Shown here: positions 24,196-38,318 of the stretch, in pieces
Layout of the letters: each line of letters opens with the position of its first letter
How positions within the stretch are numbered: position 1 is the stretch's first letter
Assembly: GCA_030770535.1 (NCBI GenBank)
Contig: JASVEC010000014.1
Coordinates: 682,001 to 746,000 of the forward strand
Reading direction: 5' to 3'
Length of the DNA stretch: 64,000 bases
Source: Batkoa obscura
Lineage: Eukaryota
Made by a program: the position numbers and the translations under genes
The notes under the pieces: generated by a model
What the model saw: the letters and a program-made list of their open reading frames with translations, nothing else
The model's database searches: none
What the model was told of the DNA's origin: nothing

Positions 24196-24435
24196 TAGGT
24201 TGTTAGTTTTATGCTGGGGTTTTTATGATAGGTTTTAGTAGGGATAGCCATTCTAATCCGAAATCATACAAAAGAAGTTACAAAAATAAAATGCCTAGCA
24301 TAAAAGAAGCAAGGCTATATCAGTTAGTTTATAGTCAAGGAATTTATTTCCATATAATTTATTTTACATGATAATAGGTAGAATGCCTATCCCTATTAAA
24401 GCCTACATAAAAACCCAGTATAAACTAATAACTCA
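24196..24435. mobile_element. Putative foldback/MITE (family B) with ~58-bp imperfect terminal inverted repeats
   Basis: 24196-24255 matches reverse complement of 24379-24435 (AGGGATAGCCATTCTA / TAGAATGCCTATCCCT). Confidence 0.6.
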
Positions 24436-25504
24436 TCTATATAAATTTAAGATTTTAAGGTTTTGAAGAGGTGTGTGAAGAATTTTAAAAAAAATGAAGT
24501 TTTAGATAAAATTATGCATCAATCATAAAGCTTTTGAACTTTTTTAGTTGTCGGATAAACCAAGAGAGGGTCAGCTATCTGAACCTATTTATACATAGGA
24601 TGAATCAAAGTAGAAACTTCTATTTCGCAAAGTTAGTGGTCAATTTTTTTGTCATTTCATTCTTTGTTTTTATTTTAATAATTACTATAGCCATATTGGC
24701 AAAAAATTCATTAAGTCTAGTTTTAGATACAAATGGTTTAAGACATCATACTAAAACAACAACCATTCAGTTACTTTTAAGTTATAATTAGATAACATTT
24801 CAACTTTTTAGCGATGCTTATAAAGTTAAATTTAAGTAATTTCATATTCTACTTGTGTAAAATCTTAAAAACAAATGAGTGTCATAAAAACACTTTCAAT
24901 ATAAACCAAGATCATAGTGTTCAATTTAATTTTTCAAATTTTTATATAAACATGAATAGCATGTACTTCTAATAATTTTTAATGCAATATCACGTCTTTG
25001 AGAACATCATTAGTTTGAGGTTTGCTGGTATTTTTATATAGTCATATTCATTATGATTTTAAAATAAACCTCTATTTAAAAGTATTACACCTTTAATTAT
25101 TAAAAGAAGTATCAGCAGTTGAACATCTATATTTACCAAAAAAAAATAAAGGATATGCTACACTTTAGTACAATTAACACCAAAAGTGAAATCATGTAGT
25201 TTTAAAAACAAGAAAATAATTATCAATTGTAATTGGGATTTAAAAATTTTAAATAGTAAAAAAGTTAATAAAAGAAAGTAAAAAATGATAAAACTTGCTA
25301 TTGTAAGTTTTTGTTAGCATTTGTTCAAACTGAGATTTGAAATGTTTGAAATAACTAACAGTTATTTAAATAAAAATTTCTAAAAAATGCTAAGCTTCAA
25401 AGTTCCAACTACAAATAATTGATAATTTCAATAATATAAAATATAATTTTACTTTTATAACAACAAGAAAACAACAAACTAAATTATAATAATATATGTT
25501 GAAC

Positions 25505-26760
25505 TTAATCCCTTTTTAGTTTATCGTACACTGGATCACCAAGCAACTTAAGAAGTGATTGGGTAGGCATTGAGCCATGACTAGCAGATTCCTCAGGTCT
25601 ACAATAACATTTAAGCTCTAAATTAGTATTTAGATCAATTGGACAGTTTTGAAAAGCATCATGTTTATATCCAATATTCTTAAAAAAGTGAATCTCATCT
25701 TTTCTTAGCATCAAAGCAACGTAGATAGAATGAACAGGTGCATCTCCCCAACGTTCAAAATAGAACCCTCCATTTTTATCTAAATGATTAAAATAACTAC
25801 GATATTCGGGACTTCGCAACATATTTAAGGAGCCAATTTCAAAATTAGACCAAAAATGAAAACCATTATATTTATCGTTATCATTGTCATCCATAATCCA
25901 TTCCTTGAGGTTATCTTTTGGCAATAAAATATTGTTAAATTTTATCCACTCTTTCACAGTTGACCATAAAGTTGGGATAGATTCCATAAATTCAAGCATA
26001 GTGATTGTAAACCCATACTTCTTATTGTTTTTATGCATGTATAAAAATGGATCTTCAATGATGTCACAGCTGAATTCAACTTCTGGCTCCACGCGCCAAT
26101 AATAATCGTATTTGTCTAATAGCTCGTGTTGACTAAATAAACCAGATTCATATCTAAACTAATTAGTATGTTTAAATAATTCAAATATGAATAAACTTAC
26201 CGGCACATATGATGATAGGACAGCTTACCAGCATAAGGCACTTGGTCTTTTTCTTTTTGTTCTTTTATAGAGTCTAATACAGCTGTCTCATTTAGAAATC
26301 TTGGTATTTCCCAGTGTTCTTTTGGGATTAAACCAAACTCAACTTTAGCTTTTGTTTGTGCTTTCAAATAAGTTTTAACTTCCTCAGTAAAAGGTACTTC
26401 ATTTAAAAACACATAAGGGTAATTAAAATTCTTATTAAATCGATCTTCTAATTGTTGCATTGTTTTTCGAAATTCATGAACATCATTATTTCTCATTAAG
26501 ACTACAAAACATGCATTTGCTTTTTCTTGAGTTGAGTTACTTGGTACCAAGTCTTTTGTTTGTGGTGATAATACATTTCCTGGATTTAATAAATTATTTG
26601 AAAGTTTGAGCCCGACTTCTGGTATATTTTGAGAAGTTAACCGGACTATTCTATTTTGATCAAAGTCCAAGTCATAGACATTATTCATAAAAGAATAAAG
26701 TGCTAAACACAGCAGTGCGAAACCCACTAATAGGAGACAATTGGTATTGAAACGAGGCAT
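25505..26760 (-). CDS. GT15 KRE2/MNT1/KTR-family alpha-1,2-mannosyltransferase, copy 1 (2 exons)
   Basis: N-terminal TM; LEDRFNKNFNYPYVFLNE, SYHHMCR|YESG, YYWRVEP, HFWSNFEIG, GGFYFERWGDAPVHS; intron 26154-26200. Confidence 0.95.
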
Positions 26761-27406
26761 ATAACGAAATCTAAAATCAAATAAAATAGTTCTATTCTAT
26801 TATCACAGAATATAGGTATTTATAGTATCCATGATTATCAGCTTGTTTTTTACCCTTGCTTCATTTGTTAAGTAATTTTATCAAACGACTATTTTTTTTA
26901 AATTTTAATAAACAATGTTTATCTAACTCAAGATCTTCTAGATATCCATATAACAATATTTGCAGGGGAATTTAATAATTTTTCTAAAACCCATGGTTAA
27001 TGTAATTCAGATTTAATAAGACTAGAATCAATACATAAGCTAAAAATGTTTTTTAATTATACACTTTAGATAAAAATATTTTAGGTTTATTTTCTACAAT
27101 TCGCTATTCAATAACTTGTGTGAATATCAAAATTTGTTTAAATATTTGGGCAAGAATTACAATTTTTACGATGTGTAAAAAAGAATTTTGAAAAAAGAGT
27201 TCCAGAGTTTAATTCTTTAAATTTAATCATAATTTTAAACTGTCTGGAAAAATCAAGCCGAAATCTAAATGAATTAGCCAATTTCAGTCAAAAAACTTGA
27301 GCTAATTTTTTTCCCAAAATTTCGGCAAGATCTGGGAAATTTTCAAAATACATTAAAAACTATAAATATGCTCAAAATTCAACAAGAAAAAATCATAATT
27401 TCAAAT

Positions 27407-29085
27407 ATGACCGACACATTAAAATACGAATTCAATATCCCAGATAACATTGTAGAAAAAAACAATTCTACTCCCAAATTAAGTAAATCTAAAACTATAT
27501 TAATCTTGATATCTTTGGTCCTATCTATCTTAGTAGCTGCTGTAGATGAAACCATAGTAGCCACTGCATTAGCAGCAATAACTAAAGAATTTAATAGCAG
27601 TGGTGAAGTGACTTGGATAGCTGGGGCTTACTTATTGACAATGACAGCCTTTGAGCCCTTATATGGCAAATTTTCAGATTTGTTTGGTCGCAAATATTGT
27701 TTATTATTTAGTTTAGCATTGTTTTTGATAGGCTCCATTGTTTGCGGTACTGCTACTAACTTATTAGTTTTAATTATTTTTCGTGCGTTATCTGGAGTTG
27801 CCGCTGGTGGTTTAATTGCATTGGCTTACATTGTGGTTGCAGGTAAGTTGTAGATTATATCGCATATAACAAGCTGACTTATAATTATTTATTCCAGATA
27901 TTATCCCAATTGAAACCAGAAGTGGGTATACTAGTTTAATCAGTGGTACTTTTGCTCTATCCTATGTCATTGGTCCATTATTAGGTGGTGTATTCGTAGA
28001 TTATGTTAATTGGAGATGGATTTTTTATATAAATATACCAATTGTAGTGGTGGCTGTTGCATTAATTATATTTATACTACCAAATCATAAGACTGATGCT
28101 AATATCAAAGAAACATTGAAAAGGATAGATATATTTGGTACACTAACTTTGATCATTGGTATAATATTGCTAGTATTAGGGCTCAATTGGGGTGGAAAAG
28201 AATATCCTTGGTCATCTCCTCAAGTGATAGTTTGTTTAATACTTGGATTGATTGTATTAGCTTTATTTGTTTTAATTGAAAAAAAATATGCCATTGAACC
28301 TGTTATACCAACCAAAATGTTCTCTCGAAATGCCATCATGCTAAATTTATGCTCCATGTTATTTGGTTTTTCAATGTTCGTGTATATGTACTATTGGCCA
28401 TTGTATCATCAAACAATTCATTCTTCTTCAGCCATTAGTGCTGGAATTGAAACTTTACCTATTTTAGTTGGTATTTGTGGATTTGCTGCTGCATCTGGTT
28501 TAATCGTTAATAAACTTAAATTTTATCGACCTTTTATATGGTCAGGTATGGTGCTTTTAGTAATTGGAAACTCGTTGATGGCTAGGTTATCTGGTAATGT
28601 ATTAAGGTTCGAAGAAATACTTTATCCATTGATAATCGGTATTGGCATTGGTTTATGTATCCAGACATGCTTGATTGCTGCTCAAGTTGCTGTTAAAGAA
28701 GAAGGTAACCACAAATTTATACTATTGATTATATATTTACTTACTGTTCACTTCATTAGACGTAGCCATTATGACAGCGTTTATCAACTTTTCCTTAACA
28801 ATAGGGGGTGTATTTGGATTAGCTATACAAGGAAGTATATTCAATAATATATTAGTTGAAAACTTGAAAGGGTTGCTACCTGAAATTAATCCTAGTTTAA
28901 TTGTTGAATCATTGGAGTATTTACACTCACTACCTCCAGACCAACATGCTTTAGCCATTCAAGCATATTTAACTGCTTATCGTACTATGTTTCTTTCGTT
29001 AATTCCTTTTTCTGCTTTAAGTTTAATACTTTCACTATTCCTTCAACATATTCCACTTACTACTTTAAAAACAATATCGCATTAA
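27407..29085 (+). CDS. MFS drug:H+ antiporter (DHA2-type), copy 1 (3 exons)
   Basis: DETIVATAL, PLYGKFSDLFGRK, GPLLGGVFVDYVNWRWIFYINIP, WGGKEYPWSS. Confidence 0.93.
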
Positions 29086-29491
29086 AATTGATCATTTTTT
29101 ATTTAGTTACTCTGATCAGTTATATATACTATGGTTGATGAATATGTAAATCTTTTTAATATCAAAAATCAATTTTAATGATTATTTTTTAAAAAATCTT
29201 AATGTTCTAGACAAGTATTTAATTCAAAATGAATTTACCAAAGCAGCATTGATATTGTGTATTATGTTCATAAATTTATATATCATAATTTTCCTTGAAT
29301 ATAATAACTATATCTTAAACTACTATTGTATAAATAAATTAAGGAAATATAAGTATAAAATTATAAACAAAATAATGACATTAAAAATATTATACTCAAT
29401 ATAGATAAAATTATATTGTGCATAACTTATATTGTTTAATCTTTGAAACAGTGAAAAATAATAGATTAGATAAATCCGGCTTATTACTACG

Positions 29492-30744
29492 TTAGAGCCT
29501 ATATAATTTTTCATGCATTGGATCTCCAATTAACCTCAACAAGGACAATGTAGTCATTGAACCCAAATTTACCGATTTATCTGACTCACAATAGCATTTC
29601 AATTTTAAATTCATCTCCGATTCTACAGGACAATTTTCATACATATCATGTTTATAACCAATATTCTTAAAAAAATGAATTTCTTCTCTTTTTAACATTA
29701 AAGCCACAAAAATAGAATGAACAGGTGCATCTCCCCAACGTTCAAAGTAAAAACCGCCATTTTTATCCAAATAATTAAAATAGCTTCGATATTCGGGACT
29801 ACGTAACATATTTAACGACCCGATTTCAAAATTCGACCAAAAATGATATCCATTATAATCCCCTTTATGATCCAAAAGCCATTCTTTAGCGTTTTCTTTT
29901 GGTAGTTGAATATTGTTAGTTTCAATCCATTTATTAACTGTTTTCCATAAAGTTGGTATTGATTCCATAAATTCAGACATTGTTATAGTAAATCCATACT
30001 TTTTATTATTTTTATGCATATATAAAAATGGATCTTCAATAATATCACAGGTAAATTCAACTTCTGGCTCTACTCGCCAATAGTAATCGTATTTAGCTAA
30101 TAGTTCATGTTGACTGAATAAACCAGATTCGTAGCTATATATTAAAGTTAATAAGATTATAGATATTAATTCTTAATTAAAACTTACCGACACATATGAT
30201 GGTAAGAGAGTTTCCCTCCATAAGGTACTTGATCTTTTTCTTTTTGCTCTTTTATTGCCTCCAATACCGTTGATTCATTTAGAAATCTTGGTATTTCCCA
30301 GTGTTCTTTTGGGATTAAACCAAACTCAACTTTAGCTTTTGTTTGTGCTTTCAAATAAGTTTTAACTTCCTCAGTAAAAGGTACTTCATTTAAAAACACA
30401 TAAGGGTAATTAAAATTCTTATTAAATCGATCTTCTAATTGTTGCATTGTTTTTCGAAAGTCTTGAACATCACTGTTTCTCATTAAGACTACAAAACATG
30501 CATTGGCTTTCTCTGGAGTTACCTTAGTTGACATTATGTTGGATACTATCCCTTTCGGTTGTGATGATAGTGATTTTTCTGAGCCGAATTGAAGCCGAAT
30601 TTCTGGATTATCTTGATTTGTTAATTTAACTATTTGACTTTGATCAAAATCTAAATCATATACATTATTTATAAAAGAATATATGGCTAAACAACATAAT
30701 ATCAACCCTAATAATATTATATAATTGGTATTGAAACGAAGCAT
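29492..30744 (-). CDS. GT15 KRE2/KTR-family mannosyltransferase, copy 2 (2 exons)
   Basis: Same GT15 motifs; intron 30135-30187. Confidence 0.95.
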
Positions 30745-31362
30745 GTGAAAAGAGTTAAATTTAAAGTTTAATAAAAAAATATCCAGACGCTATAATAATA
30801 TCTAAGGTATTTATAGTTATCAATTTATGATTTTATAGAAATTGATTGTTTTGAAATTAATTAAGTAATCATCGAAATTAATGGACTTTTATTTAAGCAG
30901 CCTTGTTTCGCTATTTTTAGATCGTAAATTCAAGGTAAATACATTTATGCCAAGGGATATACAATTTCTTTTTATTAGTCAATAAATGTGATTTTTTATT
31001 TATTTATTGAGTGGATGATATTTAGTTATATTGGATGTGATATAATTAATTATTTGATATTGTGGACTTATTTCCTTACTTTGAGAATTAGTAGGAATTT
31101 GCTAGTTGTACGAAAGTTGAAGTGTTCTTTTTAAAGGCCAATTCATAACTAAAACCGATTAATACAATAATAATCAATTGTTTGTTATCAAAGTGGGGAT
31201 TCAAGCTGTATAATTAAATTGAAATTTCTTTAAAAACTCTGTTTAACTTATAAATTAGGATTTTTATATGAGGCTCAATGATATGAAAGTAGAATGAATA
31301 ATAAATAGGTTAGTTATTATAAGTATCAATGGAGAATGATACGTTGAATATTAAAAAAGATG

Positions 31363-31462
31363 CAGGGATGTTTCTTTTGGTTTCATTACTTTTTCCATCT
31401 TCTAAACGTTATCTGAGTGGAAAACTATCACCAAAATTCTTAAACATAAAAATACATTCTCA
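31363..31462 (-). mobile_element. MITE family A copy
   Basis: GGGATGTTTC...TTTCATTACTTTTTCCATC...ATACATTCTCA|TA. Confidence 0.8.
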
Positions 31463-31840
31463 TATATTTATTTCTATTTCACCACTCTTTTAATTTAAGT
31501 TAATTTAAATTTAACTTTGTCTATTAATTTTTCAAATTCAAATAATTGTTTGAAATTTTAGTTTTTAATACTCAAAAATACAAATAGAATGTATAGAATC
31601 TCAATAATCAGAACTTTAATAACTTCGTTCAATAATCAAAGACAATTCTTTTAGAAAGTAAAGCTATCAACTCAATAACTATCTTTGTTACCTTTTAACC
31701 TTCGCAGTCCTTTAAGTAACATTTTCAATGCACAGTCTTGTTCAATTAGTTCATTTACGCAGCCAATAAACAACCAAATTCTAGAATATAAAAAGATCAT
31801 ATTGACTAATTTCAAAATAAAAATTAATTAATAAAGTTTT

Positions 31841-33359
31841 ATGCTTTTTAATTTATTTAAAAACTATTTCAAAAAGATGGTAGAAAGTCTGCAATCGTTA
31901 TCAACTATGCATAAATTCATAAAGTTAAAACACAATGAATTAGTTTGTTCTCAAGATAATAATGGGTTTACAATTATGAGCTATAATGTAAGTAACTATT
32001 GAGATTTCATACAATAGGTTTAAAGCCAATTTCTAGGTTCTAGCCCAAGCTTTAGTTTCCCGAGAGTTATTCCCGTATTGTGGAAAAATGGTGTTGAAAT
32101 GGAAATCACGAAGTATCAAAATAATCAAACAAATTGAAGAACTTAACCCAGATATTGCATGTTTACAAGAATGTGATCAATTTGAAGAATTTTATAGTGG
32201 AAAATTAGATATGTTAGGGTATTCATATTATTTTTATAAAAATAAAGATAAATCACATGGTTGTGTCATTGCTTTTAAAAAAGAAAAGTAAGCTTTTAAT
32301 TATTAATGTCAAATAGAAGAGTTGTAGTTAATTCTAATGTTCAGATTTAGTAAAATAGCTGAAAAAAGTATTGAATTAGATGAAACTTCTACTGAACTAT
32401 TACCACCAACTATGAAAACTGGTAATATTGCACAGTTTTTAATATTAAAAGACCAATCTGGGAAAGGTCTCACTATTTCAAATTTTCATTTATTTTGGCG
32501 ACCTAATTTTGATTATGAAAGAATGCGACAATGCTATATTGCTATTTCGGAGTTAAAGAAATTTAATAAAGAATTTCAATATCAGCAAATTATGTGTGGA
32601 GGTAATTTCAAATTGTTTATTATTCATTATTTTAGAGTTGAAGTTTTAACATTTAAATAGATTTTAATTCTCAACCGTATAAAATTGTTTATAAAAGTAT
32701 AACACATCATTTACCTTTTGATCAAATTGTTTATGATCGAATGATTAATGAACTAAATTTATCTTTTAAGGACACTGAAATAGGTAAATTAAGTTAAATG
32801 GAAAGATATGTTTATAATTAATACTATATTCATAGAATTGAATACATTAGAAATTAGTTATAAAGAAAAACAACTTTATTTAACAAATATTGAAAATCAA
32901 TTAGAAAATGCAGAAAAAGATTCTTTAATTAATATTGAAAAAGAAATAAAAGTTACCACTAAAATATTGATAGAGTATAAACGATCAATAGATGAATTAC
33001 GCTGGCGATTAAATAATTCTGAATTAATAATGGAACCTGAAGAATTATACAATTTAATTATAAAAGGACCAAAATTAATAAGCTGTTACAAAGATTATTC
33101 AATATATGATAATTCATATAAATCGTTAATTTGGGGTCATGAAATTAATGAGCCAATGTTTACTAATATAACAGAAGAGTTTAAATCAACTCTAGATTAC
33201 ATATTTTTAGTTAAAGACAATGAATATGAATGTAAGGACGAGTTGACAGTTATTCATTTATTAAAGTTACCAGAACCGGAAACCTTTGGTGTTGGATTAC
33301 CAAATGAAATTTATCCTTCGGATCATATACCAGTTATGGCTAAAATGGAATGGGCTTAA
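31841..33359 (+). CDS. NGL2: CCR4/Angel-family EEP nuclease, Ngl2-like (multi-exon)
   Basis: FTIMSYN|VLAQ, PDIACLQECD, HLFWRP, G|DFNS, TLDYIFL, YPSDH; start 31841 or 31877. Confidence 0.88.
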
Positions 33360-34380
33360 ACTAGATGTTTGATTTTAACTTTTTATTTTTTGATATAGAT
33401 TATTAATATTGGTTAGAAAAATTAATTAATTTATAATTAATAACTTGAGTTTATTTGAATGATATTTATAATATAAATAATTTTTAAATATACTAGCCTA
33501 ATTAACGTTTTTTAGAAATATTTTAATACAATTAGTTAATGTTTTATTCCTTTTCATTAGTAACTTATTAATTTTAAAAAAAGAATATTTAATTTATTAA
33601 ACTATATATTTAACTCAACCCTTTATTTAAGTATAAAATTAATTTATTTTACAGTATAAAAAAAGATGAGTACCAAAACTAGCTTTAAATAAGGTATCGT
33701 TAATAGAATAAATAATAATTAAAAAATTACTTGAATGAAGAGGAAAAGGAAAACTAATTCATTACCATTAAGTAAACAAATTTTGTTAATTTAAATTATC
33801 ATAAAAACAACCTACAATATCATTCTATTTTAAATGAAATGAAAACCATAAAGAGTGAGAAATGATAACAATACTTATACTTGGTAGATTGTTACTTAAG
33901 AAGATATACAGAGCTATAGGATAAAACTAAATATTAATTGCATATTTATATAAAAAAGATGGAAATAAACTTACTATTAATATTAATAGTAAGTTTACAT
34001 TTCTCAATATACCCAGCAAATAACTGAAAATTGAAATTAACATCAATAACTTCAAGCTCATAATAAAAATAACATTAATTTATATTTGTATTATTGTTTT
34101 GAAATAAATAAGCTTTGTTGAAGTAAAATAAAATAAAATAAAATAAAAATCATCACTGCCTATTTTAATTTTATAACTATATTCATTATTAGATTGAGAT
34201 TGAAATTGAATTGATAAAGCTATTAAATTATTAGTTTCACTTGTTTCATTTGATAGAGTAGGATTATTATCAATATCTAATTAGTTATTATTTCTTATAC
34301 TTAAATTATTATTCCTTTGAAAATGGCTATTTTTAATGCAAATGATATCTGATTTAATCTTATTTGAATACTGTACAATA

Positions 34381-34598
34381 TGGGGATGTATTTTTTTGCT
34401 TAAGGATTTTACTAATAATTTTTCTACTCAAATAGTGCTTAAAAAATGGAAAAGTAATGAAACTAAAAAAACATCCCTATATAAGGTAATTATTATCTAA
34501 GAAATGGAGATGTACTTTGTTTAAGAATTTTACTAACAATTTTTTCACTCAAAGAGTGTTTACAAGATGGACAAAGTGAAGTCAAAAAAACATCCCCA
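34381..34598 (+). mobile_element. Two tandem MITE family A copies (34381-34479, 34505-34598)
   Basis: TA|TGGGGATGTA...ACATCCCTA|TA and TGGAGATGTA...CATCCCCA. Confidence 0.87.
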
Positions 34599-35181
34599 AA
34601 TGTATTATTTAAAGCTACTAGATTATTACACTCTTTTTTATTATTTAAAATTCCATTCAGTTGATATCTAGGAGCCATATCATTATTTATGTTCATTATC
34701 ACTTCTAGTAATTAAATTCTTAAAATTGGACAAAACACATGAATATTTCCAAATAGAATATACAATAAAGGTAGTTATAACTAATATTGTCGTAGTTTCT
34801 AATAATTACACTTCAAGTTAGATATATTTTTTATATTTAATTTCACTTTTACCTATTCCTATTATTTCTATTTTTATATTCTATTAACATGAATATGAAT
34901 ATATAGTTCCATTTATAAGTCCAAATGATTAATTTTTGAAATTTTAATTTTAAAAAGTTAATAAAAAAGATAGTATTGATTGTTAGATTTAAAATTAATT
35001 AAACTATCTATTTAGAGTTATTTTATACCATATAACCTTTTATCTTATTTATAATCCTCGTTTTTATTGAAGCTTCAAATATTTAATATTAATTATCAAT
35101 ATTGACATGTTAGCAGACGATTTAGTCTAATTTAAGGTATTGAATTAAAGTGTAATAATAAAAATTTAACATTTTTATGAG

Positions 35182-35380
35182 TAAGTTAAAAACTTGTTAA
35201 AATTAAGAATGAAATCTTTATTTCGTTTTCTGTCCATTTTCCATGTAACAAATTTTTAAAAGGTTAAATAATAGTTAAAAAATATTCTTATATGGGGTTA
35301 ATTTTAAAATTAAGCAAAAAAACAATTAATTTCATAATACCTTTGCTTAATTGCAATTTTTGCTAAAAATCTAAATTAGA
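35182..35380 (+). repeat. Dispersed ~200-bp repeat, diverged inverted copy at 53417..53626
   Basis: Collinear blocks AAATTAAGAATG, TGTCCATTT(T)CCATGTA, AATTAAGCAAAAAA, TTAATTTCATA. Confidence 0.7.
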
Positions 35381-35643
35381 CAAAAAATTGAATCAAACTT
35401 TAAATTAATCCAAGTGTAAATGATTTATTCTTAGATGAATAGGTTTTATTCCAATAATTACATAATAAAAATCAATAATTAATATTTTATTAAATAATTT
35501 TAATGTTGATTTTATACTATCCTTATTTTTAGTTATATGATCAATTAACATAGAGATTTCACTGCTTAATTTTAAATGGAAAAAAATTTATTAATTATAA
35601 TAATATTAATATTAATAATCTTTGATAAGACTTTGATATTATA

Positions 35644-35744
35644 TGGAGATGTTTTTTTTGACTTCATTGCTTTTTTCATCTTTTAAACGCTATTTAAGCG
35701 GAGAGATTGTTAGCAGAATTCTTAAACGAAAAAATACATCCCCA
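35644..35744 (-). mobile_element. MITE family A copy
   Basis: TA|TGGAGATGTT...ATACATCCCCA|TA. Confidence 0.88.
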
Positions 35745-35823
35745 TATCTTGTTAATTTATGTCAACATAAATTATTTTGAGTTAGTAAAATAAAAAATGA
35801 AAATCTCATAAATAAGAAATGAA

Positions 35824-37478
35824 CTAAAAATGAGTAGGCGGTTTCATAGAAGATTTAAAGGGTACCTTTAACCTGGGTGGATCCCCATTACTTATTTTAA
35901 ACCCAGGTGAAAGTGGTCTCCTTGAAGAATTGGAATAATTGGAATTAAATCCAGGTGAAGGGGTACGGTGATTGGAATTCATATTTGTAAAAGAATATTG
36001 TTCACTAGGGTTTGGACTAGTACCTCTGGATACTGGATTTCTATGAGTTGAACTACTCATCTCATATTCCACATAATTATAATTCATATTACTTTCATTA
36101 TATCGTTCATTTTTTCCAATGATTTGTGAACTACTAGGTGATTTTCGACCATCATAATAATAAGCGGTACTTGATTTACTATTGCTGTGTTCACTTATAG
36201 TTGAATTAGAATCCCCTCTTAATTCTCCCGATTCTCTTTGATATTGACGAAATTCATGACCTGATTTATGACCTAAAGAACCCTGGGAAATATTTATAGG
36301 AGGTTTTAATGAATTCGGATCATCATAGCTGTTTGTATTCAATACTTTCCTATTATAAGTATTATTCGCTCTATTAGATCGATGGGATTGATATCGAGAT
36401 TCAGTTTCAATGGAATGATTTTTACTTGATATGGAACCCTTTCCATCAAATTCAAATTCATATTCCTCTTCTTCAATTACTACATTGGGTAAAGTGGGTT
36501 TTAATAAGTTATTATTAGCACTTGGGTTTCTTTGATGTATTTTTGCTGCAACTGCTTGCTTTCGTTGATTTTCCAAAGCTCTTCTTTTTGATTTAGTAGT
36601 TACCATTTTACCAACCCTATAACAATTCAAATTTAATTAATAAACTTATTATATGATTTATTTTATTTTGATTACCTTTTATCAATTTTATGGCAGACAT
36701 ATTCTTTTAAGTTACCTTGAATTTGACAAACCAGCGGTATATAAATAATTAATGCAAATATAACGGATAAGGCTGATATGACAAATAGAAAAAAAGAAAC
36801 TGCAATAAGTGTAATCGATATTTGTTGTGTTATAATAACAGGGAAGGCAGAAGTATCGAACTTCCAGCTTGGGCTGGTTTTAACAAATTTATCAAATAAG
36901 GTATAACCATTAATAATTTGTCTTGGTGCTTCTGCTAATAAAATTCGTTTCCATCCTATAAATTAAAAATCAAAATTCATTAATAATAAACTTCATAATA
37001 ATCACTCACTCTTCAATCTAAAAAATACAAAGAAAGTAATAATATCCCTTGAATTTTTCAAATTTTCAATACGATGAAAGATACAAAAATAAGAATAACT
37101 CTTTAAAATATATAAATTATAGCTAATAATATCCGTAAAGGCAAAAGCAATATCTCTACTTTTCATTATCCTATAAGCTTTTCTAATATCCCAAAGTAAT
37201 AATAAAAATGAACAAATAATCGATGCTAAAAACACATATTTAAAATAATTATTTGAGGATAAAAATCCAAACGCTGATTTCACTACATCAAGAAGAACAA
37301 GGAGGGTAAACACATCAGCGGCGTAAATGATTACTGATTTTATAATTAAAAAGACTTTGAAACAATATAAAAACATGGTGAACCAGTGGCCATCCCGAAA
37401 TTCGTCAATATTTACATAATCAAAATTATGATCAACTATATGTTCGCGCTTCCATTTGGAAGCGTAATAGTTACACAT
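35824..37478 (-). CDS. KCH1: Kch1/Prm6-family fungal potassium transporter (3 exons)
   Basis: WKREHIVDHNFDYVNIDEF, YAADVFT, LLAEAPRQIINGYTL, IYIPLVCQIQGNLKEYVCHKIDK; Ser-rich tail. Confidence 0.85.
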
Positions 37479-38232
37479 TTAAATAATCGAAAGAAAAAAA
37501 AACGAAGGGTGAATTGATAATATAAATTAGAAAAATTCTTTCATTTTTTTTACCCACCTGGTTCTTGAATTTGGTGTGCTTAGAATTTTATACAAAAATA
37601 ATGATTTTTTTTAGAACGGATTTTTAGCCAATTAAATCAAATTCATCCTATTTTCCCTTCAATTTCCAATCGGATCTTATTCATTTACTTGTTTTCATAG
37701 ATGATGTTATTTTCATAAAATTAATAGTTGTATTTTATTATGATTTAATCAAGGGTTAGTACTGACTCTCTGGATAAAACACAGCATTTTATTTATACAA
37801 TAGGTAATTCATTATTTTCTACTTAATAAATAAAAATAATTTTTTTTACCAATTCAAAACAATTTGAAACAAAGTTAATTTTTTTACAGAACCATAATGA
37901 GCATAAACAAGTTTATGTCTATCAAAAAATAGATTTTTATGAACAAAAATCTACCACTATCAATTTTTAAGTAATTAAAGATAAAAATAAACAAGCTAAC
38001 AATTTAGTAGAAGTTGAATTTTGTACTCTATTAATTATTTACAATCTTATCAATGATACTTCGTTATAAATTTCAGTTAAGAAGAGTTAACCTCTAAATC
38101 CAGTTCAAGGTCTTTTCATAATTGCTGGTCGAAAACAGGCTGCAAAAATAGCAAGAAATTTTTGCAATTTCGTTGACCAATTTATGCTTCCCAAGTTTGC
38201 GAAAGAATTGGTCCATTGAGAAAGAAGATACC

Positions 38233-38318
38233 TATTCAAAATAAAAGTGACTTTTTATTAACTAAATATTGGAGCTTTATCATGATTTTTTTAATAAAAA
38301 TCACTTTTATTTCGAATA
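38233..38318. repeat. ~28-bp inverted repeat with ~29-nt spacer
   Basis: TATTCAAAATAAAAGTGACTTTTTATTAA ... TTAATAAAAATCACTTTTATTTCGAATA. Confidence 0.75.
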
